Origin: Octopus vulgaris
Taxonomy: Eukaryota
NCBI GenBank assembly: GCA_951406725.2
Contig: OX597821.1
Location: 53,692,001-53,756,000 of the forward strand
Reading direction: 5' to 3'
Length of the DNA stretch: 64,000 nucleotides
Part shown: piece after piece, positions 42,251-54,058 of the stretch
Layout of the letters: the number at the start of each line of letters is the position of its first letter
Numbering within the stretch: the stretch's first letter is position 1
Position numbers and translations under genes: made by a program
The notes under the pieces: model-generated
The model's database searches: none
What the model was told of the DNA's origin: nothing
The model's input: only the letters and a program-made list of their open reading frames with translations

Positions 42251-44344
42251 TTACAGGGTCATGCTCAAAATGGTTTCGTCACTCGTACGCACCATCTTTG
42301 CAACATTCACCCATCTTTTTTTTAATCTTTCGCGAGACAAAACTTCCCTCTCCATTCTCACCTTCCTTTTCAAGTGGTACTTGAAAAAGTTGATGAGCGA
42401 TTGGCCAAAGAGATAAGTGTTTGTCTCTAATCGCATGATGTTAAAAGGTCTGGATAGATGACCATTTATGAGAACTACTGAGCGGATGCCGCTGTATAAG
42501 GCAGCGATCCAACCGCGGAAAACTGGACCGAAACCAGCCACTTTAAGGACAGCCTCCAAGTAGTGATGGTCTATCCTATCGAAAGCTTTTGATTGATACA
42601 AATTGATCAACGCCCCACCTAGGATTCTTGACTACCCTGTCTATGATGTAGCGCATCAGATGGAGGTTGTCATGAATACTTCTACCCGGCACGGCACATG
42701 TTTGCGCCTTGTCGACTAGTTTCTTGATGACAAGCGCCAACCTCTCGGCTAACATCTTGGCCAAAATCATCAAATCTGCGTTGAGCAGAGTGATGGGCCT
42801 GAAATTATCTATGACGTCCCCCTTGTTTGGGTCTTTCTTAATCCGTGCCACTGCTCCTCGCTTTACAAAAGCATGGATACTCCCGTTTTGCTGCCAGTTG
42901 CAGTAGACAGCTGCCAAGACGCCTCCAAACAAGTCTGGCATATGACAATAAATTTCGTAGGGCAGACCATCCAAGCCTGGTGACTTGTCTCTCGCGCAGC
43001 CTGCCATCGCATCCTGTACGTCCGCAGCTGTGATAGGCTTTTCACAAGACTCCACCTCTCTTGCTGAGAGTCGTGGCAAGGCATGCAGGTAGGCACTAAA
43101 GTTCACTCTGCGTTCTGACCCACCACTTGTACCAAACAGTTGGGTGAAATGTTGTTGAAAAGCCTCACACATCCTTTTAGGCTCGAGCAATTCGCGCCCC
43201 TGTTCATCTGTGAGAGACTTGATGGTGGCTCTGTTGCCTCGTTGCGTCTCCACCACTCGGGCTTCTTGGGCGGCTCCAATTCCTTCGTTCCTCAGAGCAC
43301 GCATCCTAGCTCTGACAAAGCATCCTTCGTGTTTGGCATCCTTCGAGGGCCAACCTTGCTGCCAGTACGTTGAACGCGATGCCAGTTCTAAGTGCCTCTT
43401 CTAAAACCTTAACTAAGTCTCCCTCTATTCTATTTCGGTCTAATGCTAGGGCGTTACTGTATCTGACTGATTCTGCTTTAATTGCTTTTTTTTAGGGCAT
43501 ACCACCATCTGTTGTTGATGATGGTACCCGTCAAAGCTCTCTTAACTAATGTGCTGATCCGGTCCCTGTAAACCTGTCGTGCTGTAAAAGATGCGTTCAG
43601 CTACCAGTAACCAGGACCCTGCCTATGTGTCTTATCTAAGTCAAGTGTACAAGTCACAAACTTGTGATGTGTGTAACTAACTATATGAAATTGTGGACAA
43701 CCTACACTATATTTATTTATTGTCCTACAGAATACTCTATCTAAGTACGATCTGGACGAGCCGATGCGGTTACTCCATGTCCACATTGGCACATTCGGGT
43801 GGTCAAGTCGGTACCTGTCAGACAGTTGGAAACGTCTGAGCAGGTCTTTGAGGCATTTGCATCCCCTTCTATTGCTATCTCTGCCCGCGTAGTCTAGATG
43901 CGTGTCCAGGGTGGCATTCCAATCACCCACTAAAAGTAAAGGACGAGACGTTCCCATGAAAGACTCTAGACGTCGAAAAAAATCTGGTCGGCCTGTTAAG
44001 GACGGTGCATAAACTGTTATCAGTCGAAAAGCACACTCATTGCTGCAATCGACATCCAAAACGACCAGTCTACCCTCTGGGTCTAGGAAAATTGCTCTTA
44101 CTTTGAGGTCCAGACTCCTCCGGAGAAGCACCGCGGTGCCACCTCTGCTCATTCTCGGTAGAGACAGAGAAAAATAAATGTTGAAATGTGTGCCGAACAT
44201 GTACTGGAGTGCCCGCGAGCTGTGGAGTCTGGTCTCACTGATGGCTATGATATGCAGATTTAGTGACTTGATGTCGTTTAACAGGTAGCCTTGTTTCCAA
44301 GGCGACCCCAAGCCACGTACATTTATACTGCCTATTTTGAGCAT
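42251..44344 (-). pseudogene. ORF2: AP endonuclease + reverse transcriptase (disrupted)
   Basis: APE motifs SINVRGL, ISETRL, VYAP, VGDWN, SYLDRVF, THH. RT motifs KSPGLDGLPYEIY, NFRPITLLNAD, QTCAVPGRSI, SKAFDRIDH. Stop at 43601, frameshifts, and a jump from RPFNIMR straight to the C-terminus at ~42430. Confidence 0.92.
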
Positions 44345-44449
44345 GTTCCTATAAAAAAATTGTGTTTTACACACGAAAAGAAGATGCGAAAAAAAGAAAG
44401 AGAGAGAGAAAAGGTTATTTATTGTCCGAAAGTCCCTTGTTTTTTCACC

Positions 44450-46450
44450 TCACAGTCTTCTCCCATGAGGTTTTTATAAAGTTTCTTTGATAAATATTTT
44501 TGAAATATCCCTACTGCATCAGGGTAGAGAGATTTCAGGGTGCTGTGTGTGTTCTGTGTTACGTGTATTATTTTAACGTGTTGTGGTGGTCATTTGTTTT
44601 TATGTCGTTTTCAGTTATGTTGGTGTTTGACCTAATGTATTCCATTAGGTCGTGGTTGTGTGTGTTTATGGCTGTCAACATTGTTGGGGGGTTTGGTGAT
44701 GGTGTGTTTGTGTTGATGTGTTCGTTTTCTGTGGATATTTTTGTTTCGGGAGTGATGAATCTTCCTGCTTTGTTCGTTACCTTTTCTATTCTTTTCTCCG
44801 CCCCCCCCCCCCCGTGGCTATTTGCCAATCCTCTGTGTCATCTTCATCTAATGACAAGTCAGAGGAATCAGAGAGTGGGAGGGGAAAAATATTGGGGTCT
44901 ATTTTAGACTGTGTTGATTTTGTTGGTAGTGTTGGTTGGTGAGCGTTAGGGTGTGGTGTTTGGGTTTTTGGAGGTGGGGTGTGGGAATTCTATGTTTGTG
45001 CGATTGTAAGTATTGTTGTGGTGTTTGGGGTGTGTGTTTTGTGGGGATTTGGAGTAGTAATTGTTTTTTCATTTTCGATGCTTGTCTTTTTGGTAGATGT
45101 TCTTGGTTTTGGAGTTGGTTTATTCTTGGTTGTTGTTGTTGATGTTGTTTCTGTTCTTGGTGCAGTTGGTGGTGTTGTTTGGTTGGGTAGGTTTGTTTCT
45201 TGTTGATTTTCTGTGATTAGTCCTTTTATTGTTCATGCAAACTGTGCTGTGGGTAGTAAAGCTGGCTTTTTTGGTTTTTCCGGCTGTTGTTGTTGTTGCT
45301 GTTGTTTTCTTGCGGCAGATTTGCAATCTTTTTTTAGATGTTACTCACTGCCGCATATCTAGCAACGTGGTCTTCTGCCCTCGACGACCACATACAACTT
45401 GTGGTCTTCTGATATATATATCTGGGTGGGTATTTTCTTGATATCATCTTGGTTGATGTGTAGTAGTAATTCTACTCTTTTTCCCACTCAGTTTTTGTGT
45501 TCAGTGACCGTGGTTTGTAAAATTTTGAAATCTTCTATTTCCACACATATGGCCGTTGCTAGCCATAGAGTGCCGCTATTTGTGGAATATTGTTTAAGAT
45601 GACCTTAGTCACTCCCTGTCCACGATAGCTAGGTATCATTGTAAGTTCATCTGAATGAAGAGTTAGCGTTGAGAATCGTTTTGCTAACTCTTCAGTGTGG
45701 AAAACTACTTGTATATGTGCAAACTTGTTCCACCAGGTCACATATTCTTTGAAATTCCAGATGGGTTGCAAGCATTTTTCGATTTTGCTTGTGTTAGCCT
45801 TCTCTGGACTTTTTGTCTTCTTATTGATTATTTTATATATTATGTTTTTTTTTTATTTTGTAGTATTTGTTGTGGTATGTTTATTTTTACCTTGCCATCT
45901 TCCTTAGTTATTAAAACTTTGGTATCTGTTATCTGTTGTGCAGTAAAAGATACTGTTGTCTTTTTTTCTTTTATCGCCTCGGCGAAATTTGTTGTTGTTT
46001 TGTTATTGTTGTTGCTGGTGGTGATGTTGTTGTTGGCTGCAGTTGGTAAATTCGGTGTATTTGGTGTCTGATGTTTGATTGTGCAAGTAGGAAGGGGTGG
46101 AAAATTACTTGCATAATTTGTCCCTGCGTTTGAGCAGCTTTCGTCAATTCGTTTGGTGGTCACGGTCTTTTGTTTATCTCCTTCAGTTTTTGGTGTTGGA
46201 GGAAACAAAGTCTGAAAGGAATTGTTGTTGTTGTTATTGTTGCTTTTGTTGTTGGTGTTGGCGGTGGTGTCAGTGGCAGAAGAGACAGCTGTGGCAGCAG
46301 ATATCGAAAGGGTGGCGCAATTGTTGTTATTCTTGTTGACATTTTTGTTGTTGTTGTTGTTGTTGGTAGTTGTGGCAGTGGATTAGGTGGTGGTGGTTAT
46401 GACAGGACTATTTATAGTTGTACAAAATTCTCTGTTGTTGACAGCGATGT
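44450..46450 (-). pseudogene. ORF1 (gag-like), frameshifted, T/N/K/P-rich with CCHC zinc knuckle
   Basis: VVEGRRPRC*ICGSE*HLKKDC at ~45322-45388; fragments in ORFs 45840..46208, 45559..45771 and 44568..44828. Boundaries approximate. Confidence 0.75.
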
Positions 46451-46989
46451 CTTTTTCAATTTTTTTTGTACTTGATTTTTTTTTTCGTTTTTCAAAAATT
46501 CGTTCTTTTTTCCTTCTGTCATTCCAAGACATGGGAAATTTTCATGAGACAAACTTGACAAAATTTTATCAATGATCAAATTTCTCGACATTTTTATTAT
46601 TGAGAAATAAATTTTAAAAATAATAGGTGTTGAAAAAGCCCCTAGGGGCCAATTTCACACTTCAAAATAGCCAAAAGAAGGTTTGGTTCTTCAAAATTTC
46701 AAAAACTCCGAAATAAATTTTGTAAACAAAAGACGACAATACGTTTATACGTTAGACGCAAAGAAACGCTATGCCCACACATGCAAATACTTGGAGAAAC
46801 AAATATTTGATATTAAAACAGGGCTGAAAATGCCCCTAGGGGCAAAATCCCCTAGGTAAAAACACACCCAGACGAAATCTGGGTGTCTTACACACTCCGT
46901 GTGTAAAAATTAAAACGAAAGTTTTTCAAAGACACAATAAAATAAGCAGTTAACTTACGAGCTGATCTGTCAATGAATACTATCAAACG

Positions 46990-47009
46990 AGATAGATAGA
47001 TAGATGATG

Positions 47010-47092
<83 letters not shown>
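46990..47092. repeat. (GATA)n/(GACA)n microsatellite at 5' flank of the Tx1-type LINE
   Basis: Direct inspection; same orientation as the 41681 array. Confidence 0.97.
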
Positions 47093-47093
<1 letters not shown>

Positions 47094-47388
47094 TAAGAAT
47101 ATATACATATGTATATATACACGGATAGAAATATATATTCTTCGAGATAGAGATACAATAACTGAGTCAAGATTAGAGATGATGGAGGAAGAAGAAGTAA
47201 AGAAAACAAGGGCACAGGGATGCAGAGAGATGAAAGATTTTATCAAAATGAGCCCTTTGGGAAGAGAAGGGAAGGACAGTATGTGTGTGTGTCTGCATGT
47301 GCTGATAAAAAGAGAAGACGAAGTCATAAAAGTGATGCATTATAGATAGTATACAGACAAAGCAACTGATGTATGTACTTAAGATACT

Positions 47389-47668
47389 GTGGAGGCACAT
47401 AGCCTAGTGGTTAGAGCAGCGGCCTCGCGGTCGAGGGATCGTGGGTTCGAATCTCAAACCGAGCGATGTGTATGTTTATGAGTGAAACACCTAAGCTCTA
47501 CGCGGCTCCGGCAGAATGTAATGGCGAACTTCTGCTGAATCTTTCGCCACAACTTTCTCTCACTCTTTCCTCCTGCATCTAGCAGCTCACCTGCGACGCA
47601 CCAGCGTCCCGTCCAGGTGGGGAAACTATACTAAAAAACTCCGGAAAACCGGCCCTTAAGTTACTGGC
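47389..47668 (+). mobile_element. tRNA-derived SINE (OR-like head, third tail type)
   Basis: A-box tagcctagtgg, B-box ggttcgaatc, shared core, tail gcgacgcaccagcgtcccgtccaggtgggg. Confidence 0.88.
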
Positions 47669-48324
47669 AGATATATAAAAACTTACGTGTAGGTGTGTGT
47701 GTGTGTGTGTATGTCTGTGTGTGTGTGTGTGTGTGCATGTGTTTGTACGTATGTATATAATCGTTTTTAGGATTCATTTGAATCAAGCTATTTTCGAGAT
47801 CCGCATATCCGTGTATATACTACATACAAACCCACCCGCATATACCCATGCATATACCGACATGTTCAGACACTTACTTATACATGGGCATGGACACATC
47901 AATATGAACATAGATATATATGTACATGAAATTATATACCGATCCAACCCGCATGCAGTTTCAATTTAAATTCCAGATCCAACTCAGGGAAGATTCTAGC
48001 TAAGTGGTCTAAGTATGTGTCATCTACTAACTATAATTTTCACTGAAGTTTCGCCAAGGCCTTCCATTTTAATGCGACAAAGTATTTTGTATACTGTCAT
48101 TGAATCTTTTCGAAATATCAGCAAAATGATTCCACCGTACAATCTCAAAAAGGGGAAATTATACATTAATTTAATTCTAGAATGAAAAAGAGAGGATATT
48201 TCTGAATTGAGTACTAGCACTGTGCGTAAAGGAAAGTACCAATTAAATACTGTGGCCTATAGTAGCAGCTAACCCTCTCCCTATTAGCGTGTCTTGTACT
48301 TCCATCAGAATCATTTATTATCAT

Positions 48325-48730
48325 GGCTGTGAGTTGGCAGAATTCCTACACGTTGGAGAAAATGCTTTGTGGTCTTCTAACCGGTTCTCTACGTTCTGTG
48401 TTCAAATGCTGCTGAGATAAAATTTACCTTTCATCTAGTTGAGATCGATGAAATATACTACTATAAAGTAATGGAGTCGATACAATCAACAACTCCCAGC
48501 GTCTGAAACTACTGACCTCAAGCCAAAATTTGACACGATTCAGGCATGGAGTTGGGAAAACCATAAGCACGCCGGATAAAATGCATAACGTTCACTTCTT
48601 CCGGTTCTTTACGGTCTGATATCAAATTACGTCGTGGTTGACTTTGCCTTTTTATTCTTTCGGGGTTGGTAAAATGAGAAGCACTTGAGAACTAGGGTCC
48701 ATGTAATCGACTAAACCCTTCCTCCAAAAT
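48325..48730 (+). mobile_element. Two tandem decayed copies of the SINE seen at 56841-57067
   Basis: gagttggcagaa...gttcaaatgctgctgag...cctttcatc and ggagttgggaaaa...gactttgccttt...cttcggggt. Similar remnants at ~17995-18170, 26610-26700 and 61575-61720. Confidence 0.7.
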
Positions 48731-48819
48731 CTCATAGTGTATGAGTACTTATGACTATTACATTTTATTACACAATGTGCATGCAAAATATTGGATTTAT
48801 TGCTTTGACGATTGACAGA

Positions 48820-49600
48820 AAGTATCTTTCTAAGAATATAAGCTGTTCCAAGGAAGATATATTATTAAGCACTTGCATGTCTGTCTTGCTATCCATCCGT
48901 TCCAATTACCAATTGATATCAATAATTTTGTAGGATATTGAACTTAACGTTCCAATTATAAGTGGTACTAATTTCACTTTTTATGATAGTCTCATCCCAT
49001 CCTTGATATCTCTACTTTTAAACTGGCATAATTCCAAACTATTTTTTCCCTTCCTTTGGTGCAATGTTATTGGCTCAAAGAACTTTAATAACTACGAGTT
49101 ATTTCTTTATATGCCATGCATTTTTATGTCTACAGTGTTCAATTATTCTCCGTATATGGGTGTTAGAATTTTCTAGAAATTTCTGTTTGCCAGATTCAAT
49201 TAGAGATACTTTTTCTTCCTTGTAAAGTGAGGCATCTAAGGTTTTTGCACAGTCTCCTGTGTAAATTAAGGAAAACAAAGAAGAATCTTCTAACATTATT
49301 TGTACTCTTTCTGAGCAAACATTTTGCAACCGGCTACGAATTGCTTAAAATTTCCAACTCACTGATTATATAAACTACACTTATTCTCTGAAGTGACGCA
49401 ACCGATCCTCTTGCAGACTGAGTTTAACGCTCCATGTTGAGCAGTAACCAAGACATATGTGGTCACAATGTTCCTACTGCCTCAGGGACTATCCACGTGA
49501 CTACATCTTTCTAGCATTATTGTTTTCTGCAATTTTTCTCCATTGATATGCGCTCTATTCCCAGTGCTATTGCAGTAGTTCTTGTTCACTCTTTGCACAA
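48820..49600 (-). mobile_element. Decayed R4/Dong-type RLE LINE 3' part
   Basis: Minus-strand fragments VTAQHGALN, FVAGCKMFAQKEYK (cf. HIVAGCKMLAQKEYKRRHD), KVEISRM, KVKLVPLIIGTL, FLGTAYILRKIL. Confidence 0.78.
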
Positions 49601-49894
49601 AGATGTCTTATTGACATTTGGTATTCATTCATATAAGCAGAGTTGATAACTACTTTATGTTTCATACATAAACGATTGACATTTACCTTTTGAAGAAGAA
49701 TCCAGCCATAATTAGGATTTTTCTCGTAATTTCATTTTCTTCTTGGCAACTTAAACAAAATATCACTTGACTGTAAACACTCATGTGTTGATCGCATTTA
49801 TCAAATTCCTCCATTTAAGTACGTACTTCAACATATGACTTAATCTCAACACTATTGATGTCATTGGTCTTCTTGGTCTTCATAACGTGGTTAG

Positions 49895-50190
49895 AGTTGT
49901 TGCTGTTACACTAAGTTATGGGGACGTAAACACACCAGTATCGGTTGTCATGCGATGTTGGTGGAGAGAAACACAAACTCATAAACACACGCACGCATAT
50001 ATATTATATATATATATATACGACGGGTTTCTTTCAGTTCCCGTCTACCAAAACCAAATTCACTCACAAGGCTTTGGTCAGTCCGAGGCTAAAGTAGAAG
50101 ACACTTGATCAAGGTGCCATGCAGTGGGACTGAACCTAGAATCATGTGGGTAGTAAGCAAGCTACTACTTGCCACATAACGACTCCTGCG

Positions 50191-50192
<2 letters not shown>
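49895..50192 (-). mobile_element. Bipartite SINE copy (same family as 20323-20785)
   Basis: Reverse complement begins ggcgcaggagtcgttatgtggcaagtagtagcttgc...ggttcagtcccactgc...gaaacccgtcgta. Confidence 0.85.
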
Positions 50193-50225
<33 letters not shown>

Positions 50226-50389
50226 CAAAGAAATTACAACTCTGTCTATTTTTTATGTTTTATTTATATTCTTTATAATATTAATGTAGAATACAGAATA
50301 TATAGTATAAATATAAATATAGTAAAATGAAATGAAATGAAGTATTGATTGTCTTATTGAATAGATGAAATTTGAATATAAAATATTAG

Positions 50390-50433
50390 GGGACTAGTAT
50401 ACTTTCATGCGTTATAGCAGTCATCAAGGTCCC
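50390..50433 (-). ncRNA. Minimal type I hammerhead-ribozyme-like motif
   Basis: Minus: GGGAC-CUUGAUGA-C UGC UAUAAC GCA U-GAA-AGUAUACU-A-GUCCC. 5-bp stem I, palindromic stem III, CUA triplet. Deviations: one extra U in the CUGAUGA box and a C-U at the base of stem II. Confidence 0.6.
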
Positions 50434-50454
50434 AGGTTGTGACAGGAGTGTTTC

Positions 50455-50500
<46 letters not shown>

Positions 50501-50502
<2 letters not shown>

Positions 50503-51507
50503 GTTTAAATATTTGTTGTGCAAGATTTTTTATGTGAAGTCGTGTGTTGAAACAGATATTGTTATATTTCGGAATGGTCATATTGCCAGTTTAGCCAATA
50601 AAAACACACGCACTATATATTTGGTGTTATTTTGCTTCAGTGATATTTATTTTTTACATTAATCTTAATCTTATTTCGGCCAAAGCTTTTAAAAGCTCAT
50701 CGATTCTGTACCAACATGCCGAACAAGAACACGGGGGATCAATCAATAACATAGAGATTAAGATATTGTCCACACATAGAACAGATGCAACAATTAGACA
50801 AATTACAGAAGCTACACATATAATAGAAAATAAACCTAGCCTGAATAGAAAACTAGAATGGAGCAATAGCGCACACCACAACATATGACAATATTGGATC
50901 CTGCAAACATAATAAATACACAGGTAATTAAAGAAATAGAAATGAATATCTATATGTGTATATATGTGTGTATATATGTATATGTATGTATATATATATA
51001 TATGTATATGTATATTCTTTTTTTTTTTTTTTTTCTATTAGATTTATTATTATTATTACTAATATTGTTGTTATACATACATACAAGCATATGTAATGAT
51101 AATAATGGGTGGATGTAAACACATGAACAAAATTAGAACAAAAGCAACAACAACAAAAACAAAATACAAATTACAAGAATGTATATAACCAGAAGATACA
51201 AATATTACAGGTATCCCCCCCACACACACACTAAATAAACATAGACGCACATAGAGATATAAGCATGCGCAAATGAAGACATACAATAGAAATACAAAAT
51301 GGCTGACGGTTAGTAAGGAGAGACACAAGTAAGTGAGAAGAAAACAAAGGACCACTGATGCGGTCACAGGAGTGTGACGAAAGAACTTTGGCCGAAATAA
51401 GATTAAGATTAATGTAAAAAATAAATATCACTGAAGCAAAATAACACCAAATATATAGTGCGTGTGTTTTTATTGGCTAAACTGGCAATATGACCATTCC
51501 GAAATAT

Positions 51508-51515
<8 letters not shown>
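50501..51515 (+). mobile_element. 5'-truncated Penelope-like element with inverted pseudo-LTR, inserted in (TA)n
   Basis: GIY-YIG C-terminal-like peptide SSILYQHAEQEH...IKILS...RQITEATHIIENKPSLNRKLEW (50690-50885). Perfect 130-bp inverted repeat at 50556-50685 / 51386-51515. (TA)n on both sides. Confidence 0.85.
51349..51393 (+). ncRNA. Degenerate minimal type I hammerhead in the PLE pseudo-LTR
   Basis: GGACCA-CUGAUGCG-GUCAC AGGAGU GUGAC-GAA-AGAACU-U-UGGCC. 5-bp stem II, stem I 4 of 5 pairs. Core deviates at A9 and the triplet is CUU. Confidence 0.5.
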
Positions 51516-51552
<37 letters not shown>

Positions 51553-52498
51553 CATATATATATTATGTTTATATTTCTAACATACCTTAGAGTGCTAGAA
51601 ACAGGATAATGCAATGTACAATTTTTGATTTGCAATGTCAGTCAGTTTACTGTTATGACTGTATTCACAAATGACCGGGAATAGTTCCAGAATAGCTTTA
51701 TGGTAATAGGAAGTCATTCACACCTTCCAGACACATGTCGTTTGTCGTTACTTCGGCTTTCACATCCTAACCATATAGTATGCTCATATATACAGAATAT
51801 ATATTATGTATGTGTTTCTTGATATTTGTAATAAGAATAAATGGCATAGTTGTGCCACATTTTTCGAGCATAGGTTTTCTAGATAAAATCTGCTTTGCAG
51901 ATGACCACCAACAACAAAAACTTCAGCGTTTAAGTATAAACCACAGCAGGTTTATGTTGCATCCGGCATTAAAATACGTCAAATCACAATGCTATAAATA
52001 TATTGTTGCGTGGGCAAATGTAAATAATGTCTCTCAAGATAAGGCTTGAATGTTACATGTGTTAATCCCTTGCGTTATGTAAGAAGTGCAGAGAAGTGAA
52101 ACAAAGTCTGTTCGAAAACATTAGAATCGATGAGAGAGATTATCTAACTGTATAATTCTGAACTATTTTCATTAGGCAAACTGTATAAGTTAGATTATTA
52201 CAGTAAAACCGTTTAAAATTAGCGTCTGGAATGTATATTTGCCATTTATCATTTACTTCTTTCAGACATTAGACTGCGGCCATGCTGGGGCTCACCTTGA
52301 AGAATTTTAGTCGAATGTATTAACCCCAGTACTTCATTATTTTTTAGCCTGGTAGTTATTCTATCGGGACCTTGTGCCGAACCTCTAAGTTATGGGGACG
52401 TAATCACGTCACCACTTTTGTCAAGCGGGGGTGGGGGACAAAGACAGACACAAACCCACACACAAACACAAATGCATACATGCGCGCACACACACACG

Positions 52499-52559
<61 letters not shown>

Positions 52560-52701
52560 AACCTTAAATGTTTCCTGATGATTTCATTTGAATGAAACAG
52601 TTCTAGTCCTGTAGAAGCTCCTTCTATAAAATAAATTAATTTACTCTGCTATGTATTGAGTACCTTATTTACTGTGGTTAACCCCGACTCAACCCGGGAC
52701 C

Positions 52702-52749
<48 letters not shown>

Positions 52750-52809
52750 CGTATAGATATGTGCGTGGATAAATCGCTGTGTAAAAGCACGCTCTAAAAT
52801 AAAGATCAG

Positions 52810-52870
<61 letters not shown>

Positions 52871-52889
52871 CCATATATATATACACGTA

Positions 52890-53663
52890 CAGGGTGCGGT
52901 GATTAATACGTCGTTTAAATAACGCAAAAGTGAAAATAACACCGACATCTCATTTTAACAGATATATATATCAAAATTACTTTAAAATATCTTGAAAAAC
53001 TCAGGAGTAAATTTAGTTCGTAAAATGGACATTGGCTTCAAACACGGCCTCCAGATATATTCGGAATCTCATGAAACTCTTCTAGACTGCGTCCTTGTTT
53101 AAGTTGGTGAATGCTGCCATAATCCTTCCCTTCAGTTCATCTTTGATGTTACAAGGAGTTTTGCTGGTCTATCGTTCAACTGCGTACCACATATAATAAT
53201 CAAGGAGGTTGCAGTTTGGGGAGCTAAATGGCCAGATTTTGCGGCAGATGTGGTCGCAGAAATTATCTAACACTCATGACTGAGTTCACCTGCTTTTGTA
53301 AAATAGTGTAGAATCTTGTTGCCAGTTATAGGGTGTTCCAGCAGCCACCCTCTTGACCCAGAGTAGCACTATTTCCTCCAGGCACATGATGTAGGCCTCC
53401 GTGTTGAGTGCGAGACGGCATTGGAAGATGAATGAAGGCATAACGTCGTCATTACTAGTAATCACTCGAAACACCATGATGTTGACTCATTGTTTAATTT
53501 CCATCACTCTCGGTACATGCACTGTCCGCATATTGACATCAAAACACTCTGAAATCTTCGTATTGGAGCGTCTAACGCGAATGCCAAGCAGCACAGCATG
53601 TCGTTGCCAAATTTCTGGCACAGTTAATTGTGTCATGGTGCTGTTTCTCTCGCAAAAAAAACC

Positions 53664-53666
<3 letters not shown>
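52890..53666 (-). mobile_element. maT/DD37D-like Tc1/mariner transposon, internally deleted
   Basis: TA|CAGGGT...ACCCTG|TA ends. Minus-strand WQQDS and IWPFSSPNCNLLDYYMW (cf. WPPNSPDCNPLDYYVW). Confidence 0.85.
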
Positions 53667-53753
<87 letters not shown>

Positions 53754-54007
53754 GTTATAGTTATTTGAACTTATATTTCCCTCCGTGTATTGTATTGAAG
53801 GAAAAAAGTTTATTTATTTTGGGCTTAATTCAGAAATTGTAACCAATTCACAATTAACATGTGGTCTTTTAAATTTTCTCTCACAAGCCCGATTTAAGTC
53901 ATGTGTATATTTTCAGCTGGAGTCCTTGACAGGTTTTGAAGGTATCGGCAGTTGAAGCATGCTGGAAATAGGTCGTTTTCGCCATAGCTCCCTTGACATA
54001 ATTATAA

Positions 54008-54058
<51 letters not shown>

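Larger units (their letters stand above)
41945..46989 (-). mobile_element. Tx1/L1-type non-LTR retrotransposon with both ends, ORF1 + ORF2, internal RT deletion
   Basis: 5' UTR, low-complexity ORF1 with a CCHC knuckle, APE-RT ORF2, and a 3' UTR ending AATAAAAGAAAGTT directly into (TATC)n. Flanked on both sides by (GATA)n. Confidence 0.92.
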
